A stretch of DNA of 64,000 nt from Azolla caroliniana. Lineage: Eukaryota; Plantae; Polypodiophyta. The translations under genes and the position numbers were made by a program. Below are positions 38,561-52,580 of the stretch, piece after piece (the first letter of the stretch is position 1; each line of letters starts with the position of its first letter). Where the stretch lies: the NCBI GenBank assembly GCA_043228905.1, contig JBHGNT010000001.1:19840001-19904000 (forward strand). The letters are read 5' to 3'. Under the pieces are notes generated by a model that ran no database searches, was not told the DNA's origin, and saw only the letters and a list, made by a program, of their open reading frames with translations.

Positions 38561-41108
38561 ATCCTTCTACCTGGTTTGTTAGGTCTTCCCTTGCTAGTGC
38601 CAAGTACTTCATCTATCCCACTCCCATTGGCATCGAGACCAGATCCACCATCCATTTAAGGTGTATGGTGAGTGGGCATGTCGGTCGCAACTCATCACGG
38701 TGACGTATGTTCGAATGTACTTGGCAGTTTTCGCATGTGAACAAAAAATGTAGTAGATCTTTATACATGCTTGGCCAGCAATACTTCTCCTTCAGCTTTT
38801 AGAACGTCGCTAACGTTCCTCTATGACCTACCCAAGTACTCTTGTGGAATTCAGACATAACCATTGTTTGGTCCTCTCTTTTTTCCACTACTCGTCGTGG
38901 CATCCCTATCTTTCTCTTTGGGTGCCACCAGAGGAATCCTCCCTCCAAAAAGTACTAGTAAGCTTTCTTCAATATTTGTTGAGCCTCCTCCTTCATCCAC
39001 GAAGCATCCATTGTCATTGTTCTCAAGAACCTACTGATTAGTAACCACTCGCCTTCATACTCGTTCTCATTGAAGGCGTGCACGGTTTGCGTGCCTCTGT
39101 CTTCCGCCGACAATCGGGTTGTCTTGAAGAGGTCGAGGGTGACGTCTTCATCTTCCGAAACCATGTCACTCTCATCCTTGAATCATGCTCTTGACAACAT
39201 GTAGGCCATGGTGTTGTTCTTCCTTGCAATGTGGCAGATCTCTGGGTTCAAAGACTTGATATAAGAGATCCACCTTAACATAGCCAGATCTAGTGTCGCA
39301 CATCCGTAGATCATCTCAAGTATTGGGAGGCAATCTGTTTCAATTACCACTTCCGACCAGATCAGGTAGTCCTTGTCTACCTTCATCGCAAACACGATAC
39401 CCCAGAGCTACCACTTGGCTTGGGTGTATCCTTGTTGTCGTTCGCTAAGGACCTTTGATCCGAACCGGATTGCGTACCATGTGCTATCTTCTCCTTCTTG
39501 GTTGATCACCCATCCAATTCCCGTTAGGCTCATACCTATCGTGATGTAGATGAGCATCCCTTCTTTGTAGAAGACTTTCCTTAAAGTAGGTGCTGCCACC
39601 AACAACCCTTTTAACCTCTTCATCACCTCTGTGTGTACGGGTTCCCATTTGAATTTTCTCCTTTTTTCAAGTAAGCTATACAAGGGCTCATCCACATGAG
39701 CATAGTGTGGAATCCAAATGTGGTAGAACGCACATGCTCCTAAGAATCTTCGATCCTTTGTCTGCGTTCCACATTCCTCTCACATCTCTTTAATAGCATT
39801 CACCTTATCAAGAGAGGATTTCCGTCCATATGGCTGAATGCTGATTTTTCTCTGCAGAATGTGAGCCTTGCACCTTGTAGTCTTTTTAGAACTCTTTCAC
39901 AATCTTCAATATGGTTTGAAACAAATCTTCGACATCCATCTTGATCTAAAGACTCTTCCTTCTCTTCACGAGGGCACCTTTTTATAGGTGTCATGATATG
40001 GCAAGATTCGATCCCATGACCTTATGTTACATGGGTCGAGCCCTTGTCATTAGACTATATATTGTAATACAAAGGATATTATTTTCATTTATTATTTCAC
40101 TATAGAAAATTGATGTATATTTCCAAATTTCTCTGAAACATTCTAGAAACTTCAGGAGTACTCCTGAAAATACTATAAAAGAAGGCACAAGGCATTATTT
40201 CGAACCAAATCGGTTCAATGCCAGTCTTATGCCTCATAGCTATTCTTGTACTTACTCTTGATACAATATAATATATCTCTTGTTATCATCATTCTCTCTC
40301 TCTTGATCTCTCTTCTCTTTCTTTCTCTCTCTCTCTATCCTTCTCTCCTGAGTTCTACACATTTTTCTCTCTCTTAGTACTAATGCGCATATTTTAGTAC
40401 TAATTCCCTCCCTGTCTTAGTACTGTTCTTGACAGTTTGAACCGATTTTCCCTCATCCTCTTACCCCTCCTTCCTTTCATACTAATCCTCTTATCCTCCC
40501 TAGTAAAATGGCAATTGTTAGCGCTCGGGAATACTAATATATTTTCTCGAAGCTTCAGTGCTTAAAAGAGAAGTTTGTAGCACTATAATAAGAAAATCAC
40601 CGTCTGTTGGGGGATCTTCAACAAATAGCTTTAGCAAAACAACAACACGAGGAGCTGACGTTATGTGTACAACAACTTGAAGCGACTATTGTATCACTAC
40701 AACAACCACTGAAGGGACTAAAAAAGAACCCAAAATCAGACTTCCTATGAAATTTGATGGGACCCAGTCATAGTTCAAAGGTATTCTTAATCAGGTACGC
40801 TTAGTGATTCAAATGCATCCTTCTCGATGTCCCACTGATGCATCACGAGTGGGACTAGTAGGCACGCTACTTAGTGGTGCAACTTTGGCATGGTTTGCCC
40901 CTCACTTAGAAAAAAACTTTCCCTTGTTAACTAATTTCGAGTTTATTAGCGAGTTTAAAGCCAGTTTTGGAGATACTAACAATGTTAGGATGACAATCAA
41001 CAAAATCCGAAGATTGCACCAAGGTGAGCTGCCGGCCTCGGCTTATGTTGCGGATTTCCGTCTTCTTGCCACCGATATTCCCTAGGATGACCAGACATTA
41101 AAAAATCA

Positions 41109-41865
<757 letters not shown>

Positions 41866-41866
41866 C

Positions 41867-42163
41867 GTGTGATATTATTGCATCACGATGCCGAATAACA
41901 TGATCCAATAGGTTATTATATTGGGTCGTTGGATCATAATCCCTTATCATGAAGATAGTTGTGTGCGCGGCTGCGCCAACAACTAAGAATCCTCCAATCC
42001 ACATATGACGTGTAAACAAGGAAAGTTGTGTGGCATAATCGGTGGCTAAGTAAGGATAGGGGGGCATGGCATACATATGATGGGTGACTATAATAGTTAA
42101 AGAGCCTAACAGGGAGAGGTTGATAGCTAATTCAGCGTGTTAGGAAGTTGTTAGAATCTTGTA
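41867..42163 (-). pseudogene. psaA: Photosystem I P700 apoprotein A1 fragment
   Basis: [31 protein letters not shown]...RHRDAIISH. Confidence 0.96.
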
Positions 42164-42186
42164 GGGGCCGAGTGAGTAGCAAAGGG

Positions 42187-42261
42187 GGCGGACATAGCCA
42201 AGTGGTTCAAGGCAATGGATTGTGGATCCATCATGCGCAGGTTCAATCCCCGTCGTTCGCC
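42187..42261 (+). tRNA. trnH: Plastid-derived tRNA-His(GUG), probable pseudogene within NUPT
   Basis: GGCGGACATAGCCAAGTGGTTCAAGGCAATGGATTGTGGATCCATCATGCGCAGGTTCAATCCCCGTCGTTCGCC; anticodon GTG; stem mismatches. Confidence 0.9.
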
Positions 42262-42720
42262 CATTCAGTTAGTTAGAGAACTCGTTCTTATCGCTCGGAA
42301 TAGAAAAAGTTATGAGAAAAGGTGGGTGGGGTACGCACAGGTCTCCCCAGTAATGTAATAACCATTTGGAATTCCTGATCCGGTTCTACAAATACCTGAC
42401 GGTTTTCAATCGGCTGAATCTTTATTTGATAATGGACTACTTGATTTGATTGTACCACGTAACCTCCCGAAGGGTGTTTTAAGCGAGACATTCGAACTTT
42501 AAACTTCGAATAACTCTAAATAACGTTATTCAACCGTACGGGGAACCAAAGATCCTAGCGGAACACGTTGCTTCATAATTAAGAAATAGAGTTGCTTTTC
42601 GAAGGACGATGAAAAGGGCTATCGAGTCGGTTGGGAGGCGGTTAATTCGAATCCTTCTTGGATCCAACCCCCTATCTTGTAAAGCAAAAGAATAAAAAAA
42701 GGTATCGTCCAATCAGTATT

Positions 42721-42921
42721 ATGGCTAAAAGTAAAGATGCAAGAGTAACTATTGCTTCGGAATGTACAAGTTGTGTCTAGAAAAGGACTGGTTACAATCC
42801 CGTAGGTGTCTCTCGGTACACTACGCGTAAAAATCATCGGAATACACCTATTCGGTTGGAATCGAAGAAATTTTGTTTTTGTTGCGGTAAGCACACTATT
42901 CACAAAGAGTTGAAAAAGTGA
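42721..42921 (+). pseudogene. rpl33: Full-length plastid ribosomal protein L33 with in-frame TAG at codon 20
   Basis: MAKSKDARVTIASECTSCV*...[36 protein letters not shown]. Confidence 0.93.
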
Positions 42922-42941
42922 ATCAAACATCTAAAAGATCC

Positions 42942-43118
42942 ATAGGTTAACATTCCCACTAGCAAATAGGAGACTTTCAAGTTCATGCACAAGTTCTTGT
43001 AACCCCTTGGGTAGTAATCGCCATTTCGTTGGCTTTACCAATCGTGACTACCCGTAATCTCGAAACTGTACTGACTGGTGGCCAAAATTTCATTGAATAT
43101 ATTCTCGAATTTATTTGG
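42942..43118 (+). pseudogene. atpI: ATP synthase CF0 subunit IV fragment
   Basis: [22 protein letters not shown]...[14 protein letters not shown]. Confidence 0.92.
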
Positions 43119-46100
43119 GGAAGGAATATTAGGATCTGGTTGGAACAGAAGCGTGGGATCCCAGACAAAGCGCCCCCCCAAGAATCGAGTCTGTTCATAG
43201 GATCGTTCCATTGTGTTTCATATTGATTGGATGAGTCGGAGATTCCCAATTCCAAAAATTGCTCACGTAACGGCGAAATTTCGTTTTGGTCTACCTTATG
43301 ATGTCAACGATTTACTCTTAACTTTCCCTGAAGAGCCAAAGTCATTGACAGAAGCAATCCGTCACGCGGTGCAATGTGATAACACACTTTTCGAATGATG
43401 TTCGGAACATCAGTTCCAGATGCCAAGGACAACATCAGAGCCCACCTACGCCTCAGTTGTAGCAAAACCTTTTCCTAGGGAGTCATATAATGTGTCCCTA
43501 GCAAATACTCCAACTCCGATGGAAATCGACACCACACGTTGTCGCGGACCATTATTGGAAGAGGAAAAGCAGCGACACCCAACAAATTGACTATGTCTCT
43601 ATTGCGGTAGGCCATGGAATATTGCGGTGGATTGTCCTTATAGGCCAAGAAGACAGGTAAACCAAATAGTCGCTAGTTCTAATTGTACTAAACCCAAGTC
43701 TATTCCAGTAGGAATATTTGATAGTCCTAATTGTACTAATAACCCAAGCCTTTGAAACAAACTTGAAATCGTGAGTCAATTAGAAGAAGAATTAAACGAT
43801 GAAGTCCAACCAAAATAGCAGCCATTTGGTTGGACGAGCCTAGATCTGTGCAGCCCATTAGTGGTTCCATTTCCTCTAAGCAAGTTAGCAATGTGTTCTT
43901 AGCTCAAGTAATGGTTAGTACTAAAAGTATTCCTCCAGTACATATCTTAGCACTCTTAGATTCTGGAGCCAACTCTTGCTTTATGGACAGGTGCCCAAGC
44001 TCATCAGATATCCCTAAGAAAAATTTCTTGCCCAGCATCTGTACTAGTAATTGATGGTCATCACATTGCTTCCAGAAAAATCATAGAAGAGTCTGACCCA
44101 ATTCATGTTGTCCTAGATAACTTGGGGTGTGTAGTATCATTTAATATAATTAGTAGTCCAGAACATCCAATTATCTTGGGGTTATGATGGTTCGAATTAC
44201 ATAACCCATACATAGATTGGAGAACAAGAGAAATCTGGGGATCTACTCATAGGATTCCAACCATTTTGCTACGTCAATTGCGTGAGGAAGGACGCAAGGA
44301 CGCAGTGTTTGTCATCGCAATATTAGTAAAACCTTCCAACACCACTAAAGAGGAATTCACAGTTCAATATCCAAAGAAGTATGATAAGGTACAAGCCAAT
44401 ATCCTTCCTCACCACCGACCGTATGATTGCCCCATTGATTTACAACCGGGAAAAGAGCCACCATGTGGCCCGATCTACAACTTCTCACCAACCAAGCTAG
44501 AAATCCTTCAAGCCTATATAGAGGAGAATTTGGCAAACGGTTTTAGTCGACATTCGAAATCTCCCACCGGCGCACCCATTTTTTTTGTCAAGAAAAAGGA
44601 TGGATCACTTCGTCTCGTCGTAGATTACCATGCCTTGAATAAGGTCACATCAGGAATAGGTATGCACTTTCCCTTATCTGAAGTCTTTTAGAACGGATCA
44701 ATGGTGCAAGGTTCTTCACAAAGATCAACTTACGAGGAGCATATAACCTCGTACGGATCCGAACAGGAGATGAATGGAAGATTGTGTTTCGCACCAGATA
44801 TGGGCACTTCGAGTATACGGTCATGCCATTCGGTCTCACTAATGCACCATCAGTCTTCCAGCACATGGCAAATGATATATTCCGAGATCTCTTGGATGTT
44901 TGTTTGATCATCTATTTGGATGATCTATTGGTTTATTCGAGGACCCAAGAAGAGCATGATTCTCATGTACTGTTAGTACTAAAACGGATTCGAGAACATG
45001 GTCTATCTGCAAAACTAGAAAAATGTAGTTTTGAGTGCAACCAGGTGGAATTTCTGGGCTATGTCATCTCCTCGGAAGGCATCTCTATGGATCCAGCTAA
45101 GGTCAAAACTGTGATAGAGTGGCTGACTCCACGTTCATTGTGAGATGTGCAATGCTTTTTAGGCTTTGCCAATTTTTACCACAGGTTTATACAAGATTAC
45201 TCAAAGCTTATTCTGCCTCTCACATAGCTTACCAAGAAGGGGCAATCGGTTGTTTGGTCTAAAGAAGCGGACATGGATTTTGAGAGTTCTAAGAAAGCAT
45301 TCACATCAGCTCCTATTCTAGCTCATGTTGATCCGGCAAAATCTTTCATCATTGAGGCAGACGCGTCGAATTTCGCCTTGGGTAGCATTCTTTCACAACA
45401 AGGCGATGATGAAAACCTACATCTTGTGGCTTTCCACTCACGCAAGTTTGACGATGCCGAAATCAACTATGAAATTCATGATAAAGAGCTCTTAGCAGTA
45501 GTGGACTCTTTTACGCAATGGAGGCATTTTCTAGAGGGATCTTCTCATCAAGTCACCGTATTCAGTGATCACAAAAATCTTGCCTACTTCTAGAATGCTC
45601 ATGTATAAAATCGACGTCAAGCTCGGTGGGCCCAATTCCTCACTCATTTCGACTTCAAAATTACATATCATATTGGGAAACAACAAAGGAAGGAAGATGT
45701 GTTATCGCGGCGCTCATATCTAGCACCGCGTCCCGGTGAGCCAACATTCGATAACCAAAACCAAGTAATCTTGGGACCGACACAACTACAAGCAACACGT
45801 GTTTTCGATATGCCATTGGATTCCCACATTATTGATACCATACGTGAGGATTTGAAGACAGATGCCTTCGCTCAAGCTATTCTAGCACAAATTGATCCCT
45901 CTCGGGCATCTTGTTCACAGTCGCAACAACCAGGTACGGATTATCGACAATTTGAATGTCATGATGGATTACTATTCTTTAAGAAGGTCTTGTATGTTCC
46001 TAATGGTTCTTGTCGCCTTCCAGTAGTCCAAAATTGTCATGACACATATACAATTGGGCATTTTGGTAATACTAAAATGTTATATTTAGTACAACGATCA

Positions 46101-46791
46101 TTATGGTGACCCCATATGCGACGATTTGTCGAACATTATGTTCTGACATGTGATACATGTTGTAGAGAAAATATGCCAAGACATCATCCATATGGTTTAT
46201 TTGAACCATTACCGATTCCAAGAAAGCCATGGCAATCCATTGCTCTAAATTTCATCACCAATCTTCCAGTTTCTAAGGGATTTGATGTGATTTAACAATA
46301 GTAGATCGATATACGAAGATAGCCCCCACCATGTACTAAGGAAATCACTAGTGAAGAAACCACCGAAACTATCATGCGTGAGGTATGTCGGCATCATGGC
46401 CTCCCTGATAGTATCATCAGCGATCGTGGACCCTAGTTTGTCTCGAAATTCTGGAAGTACCTCTTCAAAATGCTCAAGGTCATTTGTAACCTCTCCTCCG
46501 GCTACTAGTGGCAAATAGACGGACAAGCAAAACGAATAAATCAAACGCTGGAACAGTATCTTCGGTGTTTTCTAAGCTATCACCAAGATGATTGGGTGGA
46601 TATTCTCCACTTCGCCGAATTTGCGTATAATAACTCTGTCCACTCATCGACTAAGGTTACACCATTTTATGCTTATACAGGCTATCATCCCTAGTGGTGT
46701 GTATTCGAAACTTCAGAGTTACCCACAAATCCTTGTGTAGAAGCTCGTTTTGAATGGTTACGCAAGATACAGACGGATTTATCTACTCATT

Positions 46792-47644
46792 TACCAGGAC
46801 GCGAACTTGTCAAACACAACGTCACGGCTCACGCACGCTTGTTTGGTGCAAGGGTTATAACACTTATAACCCTTATGCTTGTCTGAGTAGCCAACTAAGA
46901 TACACTTCTCGTCTTTCGCGTCCAACTTCCTCCGTTTCTCCTTCGGTACATGCACATACGCAATGCTACCGAAAACTCTCAAGTGTCATAGATTCAGCTT
47001 CCTTCCGAAATACTGCTCATGAGCTGACACTTTGTCTCCGATCCGATTCTAGATGTATACTATGGTTCGTACCACCTCCACCCAATAGAACTTGGGCAAG
47101 CTCTTCTCCTCCAGCATTGCCCATGCAGCTTCTACAATTGACCGGTTCTTCGTCTCGGCCACGCCGTTTTCCTCCGGCGTGTATCTACAACTGAATTCGC
47201 GCTGAATTCCCATCTGTTGCAGATAGCCGTTGAATTGACCGGAAAAGTATTCTTTTCCACCATCCGACCACAAGCACTTGATCTTTCGTCCTATTTTCTG
47301 TTTCCACGAACCCTTTGAGGTCCCGGAAACAATCGAAGACTTCACTCTTCTTCTCGATGAGGTAGATCCACGTGTGCCACGTATAGTCGTCGATGAAGGA
47401 GACAAAATATCGACTCCCACCAAGACTAACGTTCTGTGTCGGCCCCCGTACATCGGAATGTATGAAGTCAAGCTTGTTCTGGCTCCGGTTACGCTCGTTC
47501 TCCCGTGTGCACACAATAGTTCGGAATGCTCCCCTAAGACAGATCTGCACCATCTCGCCTTCCTCGACGTTCACATCAATGGAGGCTAGGGAGTCTCATA
47601 TATCTTTGATCTTTGAGATGTAATCAGCCACTGACAAATCGCGT
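46792..47644 (-). mobile_element. Copia family A fragment (integrase fused to gag by internal deletion); continues at 63192
   Basis: gag AFRTIVCTREN joined directly to integrase ERNRSQNKLDFIHSD; gag resumes across the gypsy insertion. Confidence 0.88.
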
Positions 47645-48352
47645 TGTCGAGGTATTCCTCGCGGATGCGTGGAATGAGGCGGAACCTCGGGGGTCCTGTA
47701 CCAAAGAGCAAGAGAGGAGGGGAAGAATCCCTCTACGTGCGAGTGTAGATCCACAGGGACACGGCCCTTCGACGCAAAGACGCAAGTGGGACAGCGACAC
47801 AGAAAGACACGAATGTATGTATGTATTGACAAGACAAACAACAAGAACACGAAGACAACAAAACACGAAGTCGGTTACAACCGAACAGGCCGGCGAACAG
47901 ATGTCGATACCTGCTCGTAAATGCACAGAGAGGAAGGAGTAGGTTGGAGGTGCTGCCGGAAGCACTCGGGCATTCCTCAGAGCAGCGCGAGCCTCCCGAA
48001 ACCTGCACAGAAGGAAGCTATGGCGTTTGCAACCAGAAAGAGAGAGAGAGAAGCCTTCGCACGCAAACCGACAGCACTTCGTCCTCGACTCTCCGCAATC
48101 CTCCGTCCCTCCTCATCTCCCTCCTTTTATAGGCAAGGAAGGAGCCGTTTCCCCTTTACTCCCTACCTACCGAATCTACCTAGGATCTCCTATGTACAAC
48201 TTAAGGCGCACGTGCATGAAGAGTCGGTTTCTACGCTCCGGTGCACCGAATCCGCTCGTGGACGGTTTTCTTCACGACATCCGCCCCCACCTAACTGCGC
48301 ATCCACCGGCATGCGCCAAATTGTGTTGGGACGGAGAAAACCAGTCCAGCCT

Positions 48353-51300
48353 TCATTCTCCGCCCGTCGGTTCTTCCTCGGTTTCGGATCGCTCGTCGTC
48401 GCGGTCCAAGTCAACCGGATCCGGCTCGTCATCGTGACGCTTCTTGAACGCTTTGATCCGCTTCCCAGCTACCGGTATCGCCATTCTCGTACCGTCGAGT
48501 TCCGCCAGATGGTACGTCCCGTTGTCGTTGGCGCTTTGTACCACGTAAGGCCTGAACCACCTTGCGAACTTCCGTGTCGCTCGGTGCTGGTTGTCAAGGC
48601 TGCTGTCGTAGAATAGCACCCAGTCGCCTTCCTCGATCTTCTTCGGTCGGAGCCGGTGCGTTCGGTCGAACCGGGCTTTGGTCCTCATCCTTGCTTCCCG
48701 AAGCTTTTCCGCAGCCTGCTCCACGTCCTCCGGTCTTCGCTCGAGCTGTCGTATACGCGCCGCCAGCAGCTCCTCCCGGCTCATCTCGTCTCTCCAGTCC
48801 ACGGTTGCCCACGAGGAGATCGTACATTCCATCGGCATGACCGGCTTCTGCCCAAACATGAGTTCTGCCGGCATGAATCCGGTTACCGAACTGTGCGTAG
48901 TTCGGTCCGCCCACAACGCGTAAGGCAACAGTCGCGGCTAGTTCCCGACTTGACCTCCGCATGCCCGAACTAACGCCTTGACGATCGGTCCATGTCCGCG
49001 CTCCACCTTCCCATTCGCCTCCGGATTGTACGCAGTGGTAAGCGAGAGCTTGACTCCTAGCCGGTCGAACAACTCCTCGGCCTCTTCGGCGTCCAACTCC
49101 CCGCGATCGGCCACGATCTTCCCGACGCACCCGTACCGGCATATCACGTCCTCAATCAGGAACCAACATACGACCGCGGTCGTTTTGTTCTGAAGGGCTC
49201 GGCCTTCCACCTGGTTCATCAGATCTTCCCGAGCCAGGACCAGATACCGCATCTGTCCGACGCCCATCGGCATCGTCACCAGATGTACCATCCATTTGAA
49301 GTGGATGGTCGGAGGGTACGTAGGGTGAAGCTCGTCCCGATGCCAGACTATGGAGTGCATCTGACAGCTCTCGCAAGTTGTCACGAACCGATGCACGTCC
49401 TGGTACAGTCTCGGCCACTAGTACTTCCCCTTTATCTTCTCGAACGTGGCCCACGTTCCACGGTGTCCAGCCCAAGGGCTATCGTGGTAGGCCGTCAGCA
49501 GCTCCTCCTATTCTTCCTTCATCGCCACCACCCGGAGCGGGACGCCGTTCCTCTTCTTCGGGTGCTTCCATAAGTATCCGTCCCGGAGAAAGAATCGGTA
49601 TGCTTTCTTCCGGATCCGGTTGGCCTCGTCCTTCATCCATGACGCATTCGGCGTCATTGTCCTAAAAAATCCACCGATCTGTAGCCACTCGCCGTCGTAC
49701 TTGCTCTCGTCGAAGCCGTTAAGTGCCGGAGTGCTCGCCCCGTCGGTCGTCACGTACGCCGCCTCGAAGAAGTCCACGCCGACTTCTTCGTCCTCTGAAA
49801 CCATGCCGCCCTCGTCATCAAACCTCGCCCTCGAAAGCATGTTGGCCATGGCGTTGTCTTTTCCGGAAATGTGTCGTATTTCCGGGTCCAGGGACTTGAT
49901 GTACGCTATCCACCTGAGCATCGCCAGGTCCGGTGTCACGCATCCGGAAACCATGCCGAGAATCGACAGGCAATCCGTCTCGATAACCACTTCTGTCCCG
50001 ATCAGGTAGTCTTTGTCGGCCTTTACTGCCGAAACGATACCCGAGAGTTCGCGTTTAACCTGGGCGTACCCTCGCTGTCGTTCACTGAGGACCTTCGCGC
50101 CGAATCGAATCAGGAACCGAATGCCGTCCCCGTCTTCTTGGTTGACGACCCATCCGATCACGGTAGGACTCGTATCCACCGTTATGTATACTGGGGTACC
50201 CTTCTCGTAGACAGCCTTCCGGAGCGCCGGTGCTGCCACAAGAGCTTCCTTCAGCTTCCGGACCGACTCCGTGTGCTCGTCTCGCCACTCGAATTTTCGC
50301 CCTTTCTTCAACAACCCGTATAGCGGCTCCGCAACGTGGGCGTAATGCGGGATCCATATGTGGTAGAATGCGCATGCCCCCAGGAACCTCCGAACTTCCG
50401 TAACCGAGCTACAGTCGGTCTTCATCGCGGAGATGGCTTCTACCTTTGCTGGAGACAGCTTCCGGCCATATGGTCCACATAGGTCTCCGACCACCAGGAT
50501 TTCCGATTGCCCGAAGGCCGATTTCTCCCCGGAGAAGGTGAGCCTCGCATCCTCTAGCCTTTGTAGCACCTTCTCGCAGTCGTCGATGTGTGTTGCCACG
50601 AATCGCCGGCACCCGTCTGGTCCGAGTGTGGCGTCCCTCTCTTCTACCGGGCACCCCTTGATCGGAATGTCGTCTAGAAATGGCATGGTGATGTCCGGGA
50701 TGCAATCCCTCAGTACCTTGTTCATTGCATTCACCATGTGGGCCACCGAGTTGGTCCCTCCTTGTGGCAGGGTACACATTCGCACTAGGCCGAGGGGAGT
50801 TCGCATCGTCGCAATGTCTCTGCTCTCCACGGCTAGCTGGAACTGGTCGTACCCCGAGTACAGATCACCGACCGAGTAAATCAACCTTCCGGCGAAGGCC
50901 TCCGCGAACTCGTCTATGGTCGGTCCGATTCCTGCGTTCTGAATGGTCACTCTGTTGACCGGCTGCAGGTCCTGAATGAAGCGCAATGTCTCGTTTTTCT
51001 TTGGTACGGTAAACCATCGGTTCGAGTATGGCGCGCTCGACGGTTTGAGAATACCCATATCGACTTTCTGCCTCAGTAGCTCCATTAACTCTGGGATGTG
51101 AGCTCTTGGTACCGGAATCGGCTTGAGATTCCACGGCACATGCGGTACCGTGAATATCACCATCGGCTCCACGATCGTCGGGTCTACGCACCCGATCTCT
51201 TTCGGTGAGAATGCGAAGTCTTTCCCGTGCCTTCCGAGCATTCTCTGAAACCGGTCTTCCTCCGCCGGTAGTAGGAACCCGCCCCCACCGATCTTGAGCT

Positions 51301-51824
51301 CCCGGAGCGTCCCGTCGGTGAAGGTGTGTCCTATGCAGGCTGGATCTCGTAAACTGGGGTCCGACGCCACCCCTCTGATTCAGGACTCGCTGTCCTCCGG
51401 CAAGGGTGCCGCGACCGGCCTTACCTTCCGATCCACAGTCTTGTACTTCGTGCTAACTCGGGCCATCCGATCCGACTCGAGCCCCTGACTAAAGTCCGCG
51501 ATGACTTCGTACATCTCTTCGGAACATACCGGTATCGTCCGGTCTTCGTTAAGGTCTTCTCCGGCTACCTTCCTCAGCATCCCCAAGGTGTCGTCGAAGG
51601 AGACCGCCTCCACGGCCTCCGCACGCTCGAAGTCGCTCCTCCGCCCTTGCCCTTTCTCGGCCAACGATGCCGACTATCATACATCCTCCGTTGCCGGAGA
51701 AGCAGAATTTTCTACCTATCGTACAAGGTTTCTTCGGTTTCGGTTCTATCGTACAACTGTGGGGTCTTTCCCGAGTGTCCGGACTGTCTCAGCCCCAGGC
51801 CTTGGCAGCCCTCTCTAAAAATCC
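48353..51824 (-). pseudogene. pol: G4 pol (RT, RNase H, integrase) with several stops
   Basis: ORFs 49508-51370 (GDLYSGYDQF, FLDDIPIKG, VDTS, ETDC), 48938-49396 and 48353-48928 (ADRGE, PEANGKVERGH). Confidence 0.93.
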
Positions 51825-52507
51825 TCCCGGTTCTCACCACCGAGGGATTCGCGGTTCCACTCGTGGTTCGGTCTCACGGTCAGAATTTGGACCGAATGGC
51901 GCCCGTCCTCGCTTTTGACCCTTGCGTAGGCCGAACCGTTGTCTAGCACCTTGGTCTCCATTCGCACCGCTGTCGTGAAGATTTTCGGCAATAGTGTGAA
52001 AATCCTATAAAACGTACGAAATCGAGTATGAATCACGCAGTGCAATAATTGTGAAGATAACATTTTAAATAGATTTAATATCTAAGTACAAAATGATGGA
52101 GGTTTCGAATGCACTTTATTACACGAGAAACGGACAACTAAATGTCAAGATATGAGGGTATAAAGTTTGTAAAAGGAAAGGAGAAAATTGTGAGATATCC
52201 CACATAGGCACGACAAATACAACTCTCATCATATATAAGGTGGAGCAAAAGATATTATCTTTGTGTCTATGTGTGGAGCATAGAGAGTTCAAGGTAACTT
52301 GAACTAAGAGTGGAGGTGGGCTAGCTACTCGTAAAGGGTTTTGGCCAACCAAAACCGGACCGGCGATGGAGCCGATGATCCGGCGGCATCCGACGGCAAT
52401 CCGGCGACGGTGATCTGACGACATCCGGCACCGGTATCCGGCTGCGGCACCGGCATCCGGCGTCATAAATAAATATATAAATATATATACATATTTACAT
52501 ATACAAG

Positions 52508-52580
52508 GAGGGCAAGTAAGGATTCGAACCTTGCACCTCCAAGTTAGTAGTCAAATGGCTTACCATTAAGCCATGGTATT
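52508..52580 (-). other. tRNA-like module within LTR (copies at 59336-59405, 1119-1186, 31374-31437)
   Basis: Minus strand TGGCTTAATGGTAAGCC (A box, D arm) ... GCAAGGTTCGAATCCTTAC (B box, T arm). Confidence 0.7.

Larger units (their letters stand above)
31198..39988 (-). mobile_element. Trp-family gypsy 3' half (partial 3' LTR 31198-31602, PPT, integrase, RNase H, RT part), split by element 32547-38560
   Basis: KKIEEGGWVLVYDSSLDNQH at 31664-32044; frame resumes at 38561 (DLTNQVEG|RAL); MLRWISYIKSLNPE; breaks at RT PIKRC. Confidence 0.92.

Noticed and set aside
42187-42261. Functional nuclear tRNA-His gene
   Set aside because: Plastid type, inside a NUPT, with stem mismatches
47596-48616. 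Several 80-230 aa ORFs across G4 LTRs (also 62447-63238)
   Set aside because: Chance frames in GC-rich LTR sequence, not preserved between the two LTR copies
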